DNA of 59,825 nucleotides, filler included, from Basidiobolus ranarum (Eukaryota): NCBI GenBank assembly GCA_040143965.1. It is 8 parts of 8 records of this genome, joined end to end, with 100 filler letters (N's around TTAATTAATTAA, not from the genome) between each part and the next. Parts side by side here need not be neighbours in the genome. Positions count along the whole stretch, not along the records: positions 44,984 to 52,355 come from JASJQH010008005.1; positions 52,456 to 59,825 come from JASJQH010008006.1; 6 more parts are not named here. One strand, 5' to 3'. Shown piece by piece: positions 47,625 to 59,825 of this stretch (position 1 is its first letter; each line of letters starts with the position of its first letter). The notes under the pieces were generated by a model. It saw only the letters and a program-made list of their open reading frames with translations, ran no database searches and was not told where the DNA came from. The position numbers and the translations under genes were made by a program.

Positions 47625-48736
47625 TTAGTAATAAAATTTTCCTTCCAAAAATACTACAGAATTGCCACTGATCACTACTTGGTTGCTATCAGTGTTAACT
47701 TTCACTCGTAAGACACCACCACGAGGTGAGCACTGGCGAGATACCAATTCAGTCTTTCCTAGCACTTTACTCCAGTAGAGGGCTACAGGACACTGAGCAG
47801 AGCCGGTGACCTATTATTATATTATATTCATTAGTTTACAGTTTGAGTGGTGCAACTAAATTATTAGCTACTTACCGGATCCTCATTAACGCCAACCCAA
47901 GGGCAGAAGACTCTCAACACGAAGTCATACTCGTCATCCTCAGATGTCACAACGAAAGATAGTAGAGGGGAGTTGACACTTACACTGCAAGCCACCATTT
48001 CTGGGATATTTAGTTCGATGGATTCAAGTACAGAACGACCTCCTTTCACATGTACAAATAATTTCTTGGCCTCTGATGAGTAGTGAATACTCTCTATTGC
48101 AACCTTTTCATTGTTTATATGAATGCCAGCTGATTCCGCTACTTGGATGAATCCTGGCTGATCAGATACATCGACAGAGTCTCTAGTAGGAAGAGAAATG
48201 GCAATTTCATCAGAGTCTTCTACTCGTTTGGCGGTCAACAAGCCACTCATGGTGTGGAACTCTATTTCATGATTAGGATTATTTAACACATTTAAGATAA
48301 TATAACCAGATGCAACAGTTCCCTATAAAGTTCACATGTAAGTTAAACAGAAATGAGGGAGATAATAACTCTAAATGATCCCTACATGTCCACAAAGAGG
48401 AATTTCTACCGTGGGAGTAAACCAACGCAAGTTGAATTCCTTCCCGGTAGCACAATCATCTCCCTCCTTTAATGGTTGTACGAAAGCTGTCTCCGAGAGG
48501 TTCATCTCCAAAGCGATTTTCTTTAAGAATACAAAATATAGGTTTGTAAATTGTTTAAATTTTTGGTATTGATATTAAGATCAACATCATTTTACCTGTA
48601 ACTTCTCCACTTCGATAGTCATTCCATATGGGATCAAACATACGCCAGCTGGATTGCCAGAGAAGGGACCTTCCTCAGTCACGAAGGCATCAACAGTGTA
48701 CATAGGCAGGCTCTTTGATTTCTTTTGCAATAACAT
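47625..48736 (-). CDS. PhzF/PhzC-family (PBLD/Yhi9-like) isomerase, 4 exons
   Basis: VDAF..FSGNPAGV; EMNLSETAFV; LRWFTPTVEIPLCGH|GTVASG; RVFCPWVGVNEDP|VTGSA; SARGG-like end motif. Confidence 0.93.
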
Positions 48737-49277
48737 TTTTAGTGTTAGTAGTTGTATACCACAACTGAGGGACTTGACCAAACCTTATAAATGATTTGAA
48801 TATCGTAAAATCGAATGAGCTATCTCTAATAAATGAATTGATTCTACACTCTGCTCGAGATTACTAATCGTTATGCTAGCTATCAAGTGACTCACAGCTT
48901 CAGTGTGTGGGAATTTCTTGTCATATATTGTCAACTTTGCATCTGATGAGAGTAGATCATATATCTTTCTTGTACTAGAGTCCCCTCGTTCTAATTACGA
49001 ACCGGTTAGTCAATATTGGATGAAAATGCATGCTGACTAAGGCATATCACAAGATAATACACACTCAAGTTTGCTTTTATTTTTCATTACAAGGGAATGA
49101 AACGAAGTAAAAGTGAAAGGAAGGAAGGAATACGATGAATAATCGATAATTACATTAAAGTTTGGAGAGTGAAAAGGGAAAAGGGAAAAGGGAAAAACAA
49201 GAACATGTGTATTTGTGGACTAGTCAATAAATTAGACAGAGGGCGAAGATACAACCGTCAAAGTGATCAATAGATAC

Positions 49278-51242
49278 TTAATTGGCTACTTCTTGTTGGA
49301 CAAATACTGAGTATTTCTCCAAAACCTGATCCCAAGTGGTCTTTTCGGCAACAAGCTCATTAACAAGCTCCAAAATGACTTCACTCTTTTCACGAATTTG
49401 CTTAGTGGTATCACGTTCTCTCAATGTGACTGTACCATCAGAGACGGTTTGGAAATCAACAGTGATGGCATAAGGAGTACCAAGTTCATCGTTACGAGCA
49501 TAACGGCGACCGATAGATGCGGAGGAATCGTCAATCTTGGAAGAAATACCGAAACGACGCAAGTTGCTGGTCAAATTGTGAAGGGGCTTCTGGAATTCAG
49601 CTTGGTTACTGATAGGAAGAACCAAACATTTGAAGGGAGCAACACCAATGGGGAAGGAAAGAACAGATCTTTGCTCATCACCCTCACGAGTCCAGTAAGC
49701 ATGCTCCAATAAAGAGTACATAATACGGCCAATACCGAATGAAGGCTCAATAACATTGGGAGTGTACTCACGTACGTGCTCCTTAATGGTGACTTTTTCG
49801 ATGGTGATCATCTCAGAAGTGACTTCATACTCATTACCATCGGTACCAGTAACGGTGATTTTACCATCCTTAGCGGCCATATCATCCTTGAGCTTTTGAG
49901 CTGCTTCCTCATCCAAAGAAGTCAAATACTCTTCAACAGGCTTGGCACCTCTCTTGAGCTTAGAGCCGAAGACCTTCTTGTTGATTTCAACTTGAAGCTT
50001 CTCAATAATAAGAGGTTCAGGCAATGCTTCACGGACAACAAGCTTTTCCTTGGTCTTGACTGAGTGAACAGTCAAATCATAAGCAGAACGATCAGCACAG
50101 CCAACACATTCGATCCAACCATAGCTGGTCTCAATCTCGGCATCCCAACAATCGCAAGCGTAGTGAGCCATTTCGTTGGACATGTGTTGTCTGAAACGAA
50201 GTTTTTCAGGGTTGATACCAATCTTAGTGAGGAAGAGATAGATTCTAACAAGGAAATAACCCAAAGTTTCATTATCGACAATCTTCTTTTCGACAGCCTC
50301 TCCAATAGAGATTTCCAAAAGCTCGGTACGACCTTCAAGTTGGACATCAGCAGGCAATAATCTAACCTTCTGGTCCTTAACATCAGCAAAACGGAAATGC
50401 TTCTTATTTTGTGGGTCAACATAGTGTTCAATTTCAGCCATGGTGAACTCACGAACACGAAGAAGACCTGATCTAGGAGAGATCTCATTTCTGAAAGATT
50501 TACCGATTTGAGCGGAAGCGAAAGGCATACGGTCATTGTTGAATTCAAGAAGACGCTTGAAGTTCAAGAATTGTCCCTGAGCAGTTTCTGGACGTAAGTA
50601 ACCCTTGACCTGACCAGTGGGGCCGATGCTGCTCTCAAACATAAGGTTGAACTCAACGGGTTCGGTCAAATCGTTACCAGTCTCTGGTGATTTAATATCA
50701 TACTTCTTCATAAGCTCACCTAGTTCAGGACCACTATAGTTATCGATTTGAGCCAAAATATGCTCATATTCGGCCTTGACGCTGTCCTCCAATTTGGCGG
50801 CTACGATAGCACCCTTCTTCTTCTTTTCCTTCTTCTTCTTGGCACCCTCTGGGCAGGAAGCTTCAGCGACAGCAGGCTCACTTCTAGCAAGTCTATCACC
50901 TTCCAATCTACCTTCAAGAACACCTTCGACCAAATGATCAGCTCTGAAAATTTCACCAGTCTTAGGATCTTTACACATCCAATCGGCGAATTTTTCGACG
51001 TGACCGGAGGTTTTAAGAACCTCAGCAGGGGTCATGATAGTACAATCAAGCTCAAGCATATCCTCTTCGAGGACGAAGTGGTTACGCCAAGTGTTCAAAA
51101 TGTTGGCTTGGAGAGCACAACCAGTTGGTCCATAGTCATAAAGACCAGCGACACCACCATAAATGCTAAAAGCAGGAGTGTAAAAGAATCTTTTACTGAT
51201 GAGTTGTTCCAAAGAGGATCTGTCAAACTTTTGAGCGGCCAT
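49278..51242 (-). CDS. GRS1: Glycyl-tRNA synthetase (eukaryotic alpha2 type)
   Basis: GLYDYGPTGCAL, LRPETAQGQF, FRNEISPRSGLLRVREFTMAEIE, VIEPSFGIGR and SIGRRYARNDELG; intronless, 654 aa. Confidence 0.98.
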   Translation of the reverse strand: MAAQKFDRSSLEQLISKRFFYTPAFSIYGGVAGLYDYGPTGCALQANILNTWRNHFVLEEDMLELDCTIMTPAEVLKTSGHVEKFADWMCKDPKTGEIFRADHLVEGVLEGRLEGDRLARSEPAVAEASCPEGAKKKKEKKKKGAIVAAKLEDSVKAEYEHILAQIDNYSGPELGELMKKYDIKSPETGNDLTEPVEFNLMFESSIGPTGQVKGYLRPETAQGQFLNFKRLLEFNNDRMPFASAQIGKSFRNEISPRSGLLRVREFTMAEIEHYVDPQNKKHFRFADVKDQKVRLLPADVQLEGRTELLEISIGEAVEKKIVDNETLGYFLVRIYLFLTKIGINPEKLRFRQHMSNEMAHYACDCWDAEIETSYGWIECVGCADRSAYDLTVHSVKTKEKLVVREALPEPLIIEKLQVEINKKVFGSKLKRGAKPVEEYLTSLDEEAAQKLKDDMAAKDGKITVTGTDGNEYEVTSEMITIEKVTIKEHVREYTPNVIEPSFGIGRIMYSLLEHAYWTREGDEQRSVLSFPIGVAPFKCLVLPISNQAEFQKPLHNLTSNLRRFGISSKIDDSSASIGRRYARNDELGTPYAITVDFQTVSDGTVTLRERDTTKQIREKSEVILELVNELVAEKTTWDQVLEKYSVFVQQEVAN

Positions 51243-51883
51243 GACGAAAGAGTGGAGTTAAGATACCAACTTGGCTAAGGGTATCCAGTTTATACAAACA
51301 AATATGAATTCAAAAAAAATTGGCTTACGCTTACATCAATACGCAATTCTCTCCTATGTAAAATGGATTTTTTTCCAATTGAATTTTCTTTTTTTAAAAT
51401 TCTTTATCTGTTAACTCGGGATACTATTCTAAGCATCTAGTGTCACTATTTTCTAACACCATCTAATCTGCTAAAAGTTGATTAAACTTTGAATTGTCCT
51501 TTTTCTCATTATTTGTGGTCTGATCCTGTTTAACTTCCCATCCACAGAATGATTCAGCCCCTCATATATGTTTGGTTTATGATGTTTCGCCTCGGTCAGA
51601 CGCAAGAATTGATTTATATATTAGGGGCAGAATATTGATTAGTGATTCATTGATCTTAGCAATTGAAACATGTATAACGACTGTTATATAAGCAGGAGTG
51701 AGATGGCATAAACCACTCTAGACCGCTTTCAATCCCAAAATGAATAACTAGATATACTTGAAAGAACTAGCTTTAGATTTACAGAAGTATTCAGGAAAGA
51801 TCTCCTTTCGAATATGGGAATTGCACACTTAAATTTAATTTATATTCAATTGTTAGTTTAAAGTTATACTACATGTGGCGAAA

Positions 51884-52355
51884 TTAGTCCATCAAATTAA
51901 TGGGTGACAATCGATTAATGTCTCCCGAAGATTCTGAAAATTCCATACATTCAGGTGCAGGCGTAAGTACTGGTGCTTGTACATGACTTTGATGAAGACT
52001 TTCTTCATCGACAATCTTTTCAGAGATGTCTGGACTATCGGGTGTATCATTTTGATTATCCACACCCTGGCGAGTCCCCCAAGCGGTTACATGAAGAGTG
52101 AGTAATGCATAAATCTTCATCACTGCAAAGTAGTAGTTGAAGAGTAGCCATGCGGGTATATGAATAATATCTTGTGGACGCTTCCAGAAATGGGGAATTA
52201 ATTTGATAATTCTCGTCAATAGTAACCAGCATATCCATGATACAAGTATATTCCAGAGTGGTAAGTGATAGTCATGCTTTGCCGCTTTTGAACACAAAAT
52301 ACCGACCAGTACTGGTCCAGAGAGAAGGGTGAAAGGATTGAAAATTTTGTCTAAC
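51884..52355 (-). CDS. C-terminal part of a GT2 polysaccharide synthase (Cps1/hyaluronan-synthase-like)
   Basis: LDKIFNPFTLLSGP..WLLLTRIIKLIPHFWKRPQDIIHIPAWLLFNYYFAVMKIYALLTLHVTAWGTR. The 5' part is cut by the contig edge. Confidence 0.8.
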
Positions 52356-52455
52356 NNNNNNNNNNNNNNNNNNNNNNNNNNNNNNNNNNNNNNNNNNNNT
52401 TAATTAATTAANNNNNNNNNNNNNNNNNNNNNNNNNNNNNNNNNNNNNNNNNNNN

Positions 52456-52804
52456 TCTGGCGAGCTGTTCGTAGCTTCGACCAAGAAGAAAGAGCCAAAC
52501 TTATTCAGTTTGTCACTGGTACATCCAAAGTTCCTCTTGAAGGGTTTAGCTCGTTGCAAGGCACCAACGGCGTACAAAAATTCCAAATTCAAAAGGATCC
52601 CACCTCCACGAACCGTCTCCCTTGCGCTCATACCTGGTAAGCATTTTAGCCATAGTAAATATTGCGAAGTGAGTAATATACTGACCTTGTGTTCTATCTA
52701 GTTTCAATCAACTCGATCTCCCTCAGTATGAAAATTACGAGCAACTGCGCTCGAACATCTTGATTGCTATTCAAGAATGTAACACTGGCTTTGGCTTTGG
52801 TTAA
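52456..52804 (+). CDS. TOM1: C-terminus of a HECT E3 ubiquitin ligase, Tom1/HUWE1 type (intron 52637-52701)
   Basis: [58 protein letters not shown]. The catalytic Cys codon is split by the intron. Confidence 0.92.
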
Positions 52805-53285
52805 TAACGTTCTTATAGAATTCACTAGCATTTGTACTTTCTCATTTGTTATTTTCCATCATAATTCACAAGCTTCGGACGTTTTCTTACTTGTTCTTTG
52901 TGGTCGTTGAACAACTAATTTCGCTATTATAATTTTGTTTCATAGTTTTATCGATTCAATGAATGCAAACTCTACGTTGTTTGTTTGCATCTTTCAATAT
53001 CCAGAGGCTTAATGTTGCCATCAGAAGTATCCTCCCATGTAACTTTAGATATATGAAATATTCCTGATTCAATAAATTAAGCACTTGTTTGATTGATTCT
53101 CTGCGTTCAAATTCCAAATCTATCTCAAATTGAATAGAATCATGCCAAATCAGTCTGTACGCACTGGATGGAATTCTAGTAAAAAATCTAGTGGAGTTAT
53201 TTGAGGGATCCAATAGTAAGCTAGTATCATATAAGAGCAGTATATCAAGGACCACGAAGCTTTAACCCAACTTCACACTACTAGC

Positions 53286-53501
53286 ATGGCCGCACCTAAT
53301 AATAGCACAGCCGCTGAGGCTCTAGCACTTCAAAAAGAACTCAAAGAGTTAGAAAACCTAGATTTGGGCTCACTCCTCAAAGACATGAACGATGCCGACA
53401 CAGCTTTAACCGATTTAGATCACCGAGTAGATGCTTTGAACTCCAAAATCCAAGAACTTCTTCAGAAAGCGGAGCAAGAGCAACAAGAAAGAGGACAATA
53501 A
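53286..53501 (+). CDS. Small acidic coiled-coil protein, 71 aa (possibly UPF0184/bublin-like)
   Basis: Good ATG context (AGCATGG); heptad pattern LLKDMNDADTALTDLDHRVDALNSKIQELL; AATAAA at ~53683. Confidence 0.65.
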   Translation: MAAPNNSTAAEALALQKELKELENLDLGSLLKDMNDADTALTDLDHRVDALNSKIQELLQKAEQEQQERGQ

Positions 53502-55263
53502 GGGTTGGATGTTTCCACTTATCTTGATGGGTTCAAAAGTAACTCTAGGTTTTCACCATATTTTTATCTTTGTATAATCGGATCCTTTTGGCTCTACCCC
53601 ATCTCCTTTCACTTCATCTCCCTTTCATTTTAAAGAACATTTAGGATATTAGTTCCTTTCATCATGGCTATATTAAAACTTCAATAAAATCTCCCTTTTA
53701 CTGAAATAGGAAGAAAATATCGGAGATAGAAATCTTTAGCGGGAATATGTGAAGTGGAATTCTAGTCGTTTGAACGTTCATCTACGAAGTTTATGGAGAA
53801 AAAGATACTTTCTAGCTTACTGGCGTATCTTGGGAATGATTCAACGAAGAAAACTCTTCAACTGAGAATAATTTCTTCACTTGGTAAATGTGTCCTCCAA
53901 AGTTTGGTATTTACACGATAATTTCAGTAATCAAAGAAATATGGAGGAATTGTTGTGGTTGACATTGGGTTTAATTGATGTCAGTTCGGAAATATATTGA
54001 GAGTTTATCAGCTGTTCTCAAACCAACAGCTATAACTTCTCGATTATTGAGGTATTCTTGATCTATATGATGGACACCTTTGGTAAATACAGGAAAGCCG
54101 TGGATCCCAACGAAATATAGGTAGTAATTCGCAGAATCAATGTCTTTGGTAATGTCGGTACTACCATCGAGGGACAGCAGCTCTGAGTTGTTTGTTTAGA
54201 GCGTTCCTCTCCAGTATCAGTTACTGTAGACTAAGATAAGCCCCTTCTTCCAGAGCATCATATATACATACAGAGTAACTTTCTCTTCATCTAGATTTCA
54301 AATAATTCAGTATCGGAACATGAACGCTAAATGACGAACCAGAAGTCGTACTAGATGTGCGATCTGAACAGCCGAGGATAGAGGTTAAGATTGATAGCAG
54401 AGAATATACGGATCTTGACTCCATACCAACAAATTCCGGTCTTAATGACTCTGGTCGAGGCTCAGAAGCAAAGAGAGATGTTTCCCAGCTACCATTCGTC
54501 TTCTCTACAATCTATACCTTCAGCACTGATTGGTACCATATGGCTAATTTTACGACTGATCAGATCTCTCTCGGTATATATCTTTCTGTTAACTGAAGTA
54601 TTGTTCTATCAGTGTATGGCTTAAGAATATAGTAGTATGAGGTGATCGAAACTCATTCTCATAACCTTGCCACCTTCCTCGTACTCTCTAATGATCACGT
54701 CACAATCACATTCAATTGCCCCTTTATCTCAAATGATAACAATTTGTCAACCGTGGCAGGAGTGTCAGTCAAGTGAAGTTTATGTGACCATGCAATAGTC
54801 CCCTTATATATCAAATTGACTGTAGTCTTAACCTGCTGTCTGTCGATCGACCAAACTTTGTTTCGTTGGTATGTGCTTTTTACCAATGCCGCAGTACATA
54901 GTTACAAGACTTGAAGTTCCCTGACCAACCGCCCAATTTCTACGCTAGGGGGTATAGAGCTAAAGCTACAGTTGTGCTACAAAGCTCTGCTGATGATTTG
55001 ATGGATTTATTGCTGATTTGATGGGTAGTAACACCCATCTCTGATCATATTCATCACATATGATCACAAAGCTCTACGTGGGTAAGTATTAATGGTGGAC
55101 GATCTATGTAGACGGATACAAAACAATAGAATGCTACCAGACTGTTGGATATGTTAGCCATGACTAGAATTGATGCTGCTGCAATGGAATGCATCATTAA
55201 CACGATAAATAGTAATGGGTCAACTACTCACTCTCGAGTAACTATTCCCGCAAGGAATGGTAC

Positions 55264-56544
55264 CTATTGACCAAGCGGTTGCGGTGAGAGATGGTTGAAC
55301 AATTTCATTACTTGTTCGTATACTGTAAACACAATTCCACCCGAGAACTATAGAAATGATATGGATATTTAGTAGAGAATAAAACATGGAATTTATAAAT
55401 TCTTCATTTACCACAAGTCTAGATAGGCGTGGTGTAGCTCCCTTCCAGAGAGCCGTCACCCCTTCGTCTCTGAATACTACCCACATACAATGGGCAGTAT
55501 TCTTGTACAACTGCTTGGCTTGAATACTTTGCATCTTAGTCTTGACCACATCGAAAGGCATCGTGCTATAAACTGTAACGGTTCCTGCGATCATACCCAT
55601 GCCAAAAGTGGTGGCCCAGTGAATTTGTTCACCTGGTTTGGTTCTTTTCTGCATTTCTTGCTTCAAGAAGTTGTAAACGGTGAAGCGAACTGCTTGATTA
55701 GCTCCTTGTCTAAGCATAACTGCGGTGAGACCACGGTAAATGCCCAAAATACCCTCTTCCTTGATAATCTGTCCAGTGCCTATAATTCAATACTAAATTA
55801 ATCCATGTAGAAGTAATAGACTGCTTAGTTTCAATTATTCTACCATGAACCAGGCCCTTGTAACGAGGAGAAGTGGAGTTTTGATCTTGGATAAACTTGG
55901 TTCTTTTGAAATAGATTAGTCAAAGTAGTTTCACTCAAGGGAACCTTGAAATATTTACTTGATTGTTTCAGTAGGGGTCACAACAAGAATAGCCTCAGTC
56001 ATTCCAGCTCCCAAGCCCGCTATTGCCGAAGTAAAGAATTAACATCAAGATAAACGAAGGGACGGGCCAGAGATATCAAGGAACTTACCAAGTAGAGAGC
56101 GTGGCGCACTTAACCGACCTTTCTCGTCCGAAAGAAGGTTCTTGAAGTAATTGAAGCTATAAAATCTAATGGCAGCTTTGGAAGAGTTACCAATCAGCAT
56201 AGCCGATAACCCTCGATAGAGAGCAAAAAACCCTTGGGTCTTCACGGTACTGACCAGGCAGTCAACAGGCCCCTTAAAGTGCTATTGTGTTCTCCAATTA
56301 GTATGATAATAGTTAGAAATGAACTAGAAAAAAGAACATACCTTGACTGAACTGGAGGTTTTACCCTGAAGCTGAATTTGAGTCTTGACATACTCTGTGG
56401 GATATGTAGCAGCAGCTTCTATAGCACCGGCAACTCCACCGGCTAATAACGAAAACAATGGTCTATCCTTCTGCGGAAAGACATATGAGCATAACCGAAC
56501 AGTATACAGCAAAGTGCTATCCTTACCTTGGCTTGATTGGACAT
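55264..56544 (-). CDS. CTP1: Mitochondrial citrate (tricarboxylate) carrier, about 7 exons
   Basis: Three carrier signatures: PTEYVKTQIQ, PTETIK and PFDVVKTKMQ. Also GNSSKAAIRF, RQGANQAVRF, WKGATPRLSRL and SGGIVFTVYE. Confidence 0.93.
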
Positions 56545-58401
56545 TTTATGATATGGAAGGAGAAAGAACCAAAGAGATGTGTTGAGTTGAACCGGAAGAA
56601 AAGCTATTGATTTCTTTTACCAGCCGACAGTAGCCGCATTAAAGTATTCAAATCCCAAGTGATAATCGGCAATATCAATTTAATAAATCTCATATGCCAC
56701 ATCCCTTATAGTATGTGTGAGCATTTTTAGAAAGGGGATCGAATAATCAGTCACATGTATTGGCTCAAGCTATAAATCCGTTCCCATTAAAGGATGGATA
56801 TTCAGAGTGAGTCATTTGGACGGAAAACATTGTCATAGACTATGCAATGATAAAACCCGAGATTACGACTAATTTGCTTCACTTCCCCTGTAGATGTTGT
56901 TTGATTTAGTGGAAGCCGAGTGCTATCTGTGATATGCTTCAGAGATTTTGCTACCAACCATAAACAGAGATAGCTCTCCCATTCGCTCCCTAAAAGTCGC
57001 ACATCGCATACAAAATCTAACGAGGTTGTAACAACATTTGCAAAATTGTGGTATTCCGTGTAGATTCAAGATGTGGTGTGGAGTAAAACCTGAGCCACGG
57101 GATATTAGCGATTTGGAATTATTTTGTACACTAGTGAGATCATAATCTTCATTTGGCAAAACCTTCCATTCCGTGGATTTCTTTCGTTTCTCCATACCGT
57201 TCCTGTAGACCTATGTTCTATTCGACACTATAGTTGCACCATATGAGCTTTCTAAGGTCACTCACAAAAAAGTAGTTCGAATGGCCATATTGGTAGTCTA
57301 CCAGTGGCTTGGTAATCACGATTGGATATGGGGTAAGCTTTCATCCTAAGGCGTTCAGGCATAAGAGTGTTCATATGAAATATGCTACAAGTTGCATACT
57401 TGGATCTTTATTTGGAGTATACTCCGAAATAAGTAAATCACTGAATCCAAGCGTGTTCGATCTTTGCCAAGAGTGCGGGTTATAATGCTCGTTGAATTCA
57501 AATAAGCCCAGTATTTATAATCCATAGTAATAAACTATATGTACATATTCTGAAGTCAATCCGACATATCCCTTTACAAACGCGATGCTCCTCATTCAAT
57601 ACTTTATGCTTATCAGGTATTCACTACAGCTATTTTTGTTGAAATTTTGGTGTCAAGTACTTGAATAATTTTATATCATGTATTACCTATTCAATTGTTA
57701 TTTACTGAATATTATTGAAGTTACAATCATACTAGATGTATGTTGGATGTATCTTAGGGTGTGTTTCTCAATTCAGTTCTACTTCTTGAATGGTGCAGTA
57801 ACTTACAAATATTCTATGAATAAGCTCTAATGATGAGCTCAGTAATATTTCACTATACAGTACAACCAGGTTATATAAATAAAATAGCATCCTATATGAA
57901 AGTTGGATTATAAATATGAAAGAGATGATGACCAAACATTTGACTAGCAAAAACACTTGGTAGACCAACCATTAAACTATAAGTCAGTTTTCACAATGCA
58001 TATTAATACATGCACTATATCTATTTCACTATATTAGAAATAGCCTTCAAGAAATATGTGACTTGCACTTGTTGTAGTAAATGAAAAAGAAGTGTTGATA
58101 CATATGTTTGAAATTATGAAATAATATATCCTTATTCAACTTCTTTGCTAGGCTTAATTGTAACAAATATACATCAGAAGCATGAAAACTATATAACAAC
58201 AGCCCCTATATTCCCAATAACAATATTGCTATAACTCTTTAACTAGTCTATCTTACTACCCCCTCTCTCTTATTGCAATTTTTTGAGCAAACTCTTAACT
58301 ATATTAAACTATTGATTTACTTCTCTGTCTTATATTTCAGTTTATTGTGTGAAGAATACTGAATCAAACTCAGTATTGAAGGATTACTCTAATCAGCAAA
58401 C

Positions 58402-59710
58402 TGTTAAAGTATTTGGGAGCCTGTTGGAAGTGGTTTGGAGAACTAAAGAAGTTGGTGGTTTTCACTTGTTGATTTATTGGGTAGTAAGTTGACATTTATA
58501 GTTTTGCCAAGTTGTAAGCAAACTAATTCGTGGAATGTGCTAAGAAAGGTCCCAGGAACATGTGTGCAAAGTTTGGGACCTCTAGCACAAGTTTGACAAA
58601 ATCTATATATCTGAGAACTTCTAAATTGGAAAAAATATTCAAAGTAAATTGCAATTGAGGATAATTGGTTGTATCTTAGTGAAATATGAGATAACTGATT
58701 ACTAAGCTATATATGACTATATAGGTGATTAGGCAAAGCTAATTTCAACAATCTCCCTCAACTAAATAGTCATATAAGCTGATTCTAAGTAAGGTCCAAA
58801 TTTCTCAAATTTCTGTCTAGCTAATAGTTTGGTAATATATTAGCCATCATGTCTTCTGTAGAATGATTAGTCAAGTCTATAAACTTATTCTCTATAGTCT
58901 CTCTAATGAAGTGATATCTGATATGTATGTGCTGGCTTCTATTATGAAATATAGGATTTTTAGCTAACTTGATACAACTTTGGTTATCCTGAAATATTGT
59001 AGTGGGCAAGTTTTGACAAAACCTAAGTCTGTTTTGAGTTTTCTTAACAATAATAACTCTTTTGCTGCTTCACAGGCAGCCATGTATTCTACTGCTGTTG
59101 TTGAAAGTGCTATGGTAGGTTCTTTCTTTGAATTCCAAAAAATAGTTCCATTACAGCAAAGAAATAAGCATCCTGTTATAGATCTTCTGTCTTCAATCTC
59201 TCTTCCCCCACTTGCATTTGAATATCCCATCAGATCAAAGTTTAATCCGGAATATGTGTATTTTAAGCAAAGATCCACAGTATCTTTCAAATATCTGAAA
59301 ATCCACTTAATTGCTATGATTTGATCAGATCCATAATTTTGAAGATATTGGCACAATACTCTAACAGAATATACAATATCAGGCCATATTCCAACCATTA
59401 TTTACATCAAACTACCAGCCATAGATTAATAAAAAATTACTGGCTTTCATTAGAATCCAAGAACATCTGATTTGAGCCATTTTTGGTCAAGTTAAGATTT
59501 GTCTCCATTGGAGTAGATATAGGATTATATTCTTTCATTTTAAACTCCTTTAGTATATCTAGGATATACTTGGACTGGTGTAATGTTATTGTGTTGATAG
59601 CTCTATCTATCTTGATTTGGATTCCAAGATAGTCTATAAGTTTGCCAAGATTAGTCATTTTGAATTTGGCAGATAAGCTGAATTTAGTTTTCTCCAAAGT
59701 CTGTAAGTGT
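58402..59710 (-). mobile_element. Decayed Copia RT-RNase H, PPT and 3' LTR (family B, 58402-58750)
   Basis: FKMTNLGKLIDYLGIQI; GYSNA..DRRSITG..WNSKKEPTIALST..EYMA; HIHIRYHFIRE. PPT TTGAGGGAGAT precedes TGTTGAAATT. Confidence 0.93.
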
Positions 59711-59825
59711 TGGTTAATTAATCTTTATTCAACATCATAGTTAACTTTAGTTATGATATATATATCAGAAACAGAAAGCAACATATCTATAGCCCCTATA
59801 TTCTAAATAGGAATATCTCTATATC

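Noticed and set aside
49398-51278. Long plus-strand ORFs overlapping GRS1 (and similar shadows over the SUN, RPL17 and CTP1 genes)
   Set aside because: Antisense or alternate-frame shadows of codon-biased genes, with no independent motifs.
51243-51300. Non-AUG upstream extension of GRS1 giving a mitochondrial isoform, as in yeast
   Set aside because: An in-frame TAA lies six codons upstream of the ATG, so contiguous read-in is impossible. An upstream exon cannot be excluded.
53750-54950. Possible decayed gene on the minus strand (LRPEFVG, anoctamin-like echo)
   Set aside because: Too few matching residues and many stops; a product cannot be supported.
57206-57300. Imperfect inverted repeat (TAGAC...GTCTA), possible MITE
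   Set aside because: The arms pair poorly, and I see no second copy or TSD in the window.
58130-58235. Similarity to 59727-59825 (ATCAGAA...AGCCCCTATATTC)
   Set aside because: Probably another decayed repeat family, but the ends and class cannot be defined here.
1-59825. CRISPR arrays, rRNA, tRNA or prokaryotic operons
   Set aside because: No repeat-spacer arrays, cloverleafs or rRNA-like tracts seen. The DNA is intron-containing eukaryotic sequence, and the recurring TTAATTAATTAA is an assembly linker.

Overview
This is eukaryotic DNA from an early-diverging fungus: short GT-AG introns, fungal housekeeping genes and Copia and Tnp2 transposon debris. Basidiobolus or another zoopagomycete/mucoromycete is my inference and is not proven. 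The window is not one locus. It is eight unrelated contigs of steadily decreasing length (7411, 7408, 7400, 7396, 7389, 7379, 7372, 7370 bp) joined by 100-bp N44-TTAATTAATTAA-N44 linkers, so nothing should be inferred across the linkers. Contigs 2-4 (7.5-29.9 kb) are CpG-depleted graveyards of nested Ty1/Copia LTR retrotransposons (with a Ty5/copia-type half-tRNA primer site) and Tnp2 (CACTA-class) transposase relics. Contigs 6-8 carry ordinary genes: SAS10/UTP3, a SUN-domain protein, RPL17, a WrbA-like reductase, a GPI-anchored cell-wall protein, a PhzF-like protein, GRS1, a GT2 fragment, a TOM1-like HECT fragment and CTP1. Contig 1 has a frameshifted GT23/FUT8-like fucosyltransferase and an expansin-like pseudogene. 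The stand-out signal is in contig 5: an intact secreted 91-aa protein (31631-31906), with no intron in its coding region, that closely resembles vertebrate pancreatic colipase. It keeps all 10 Cys and the LCMNSAQCKS motif and lies among this genome's own transposon relics, which makes it a candidate animal-to-fungus gene transfer or host-lipase cofactor mimic.
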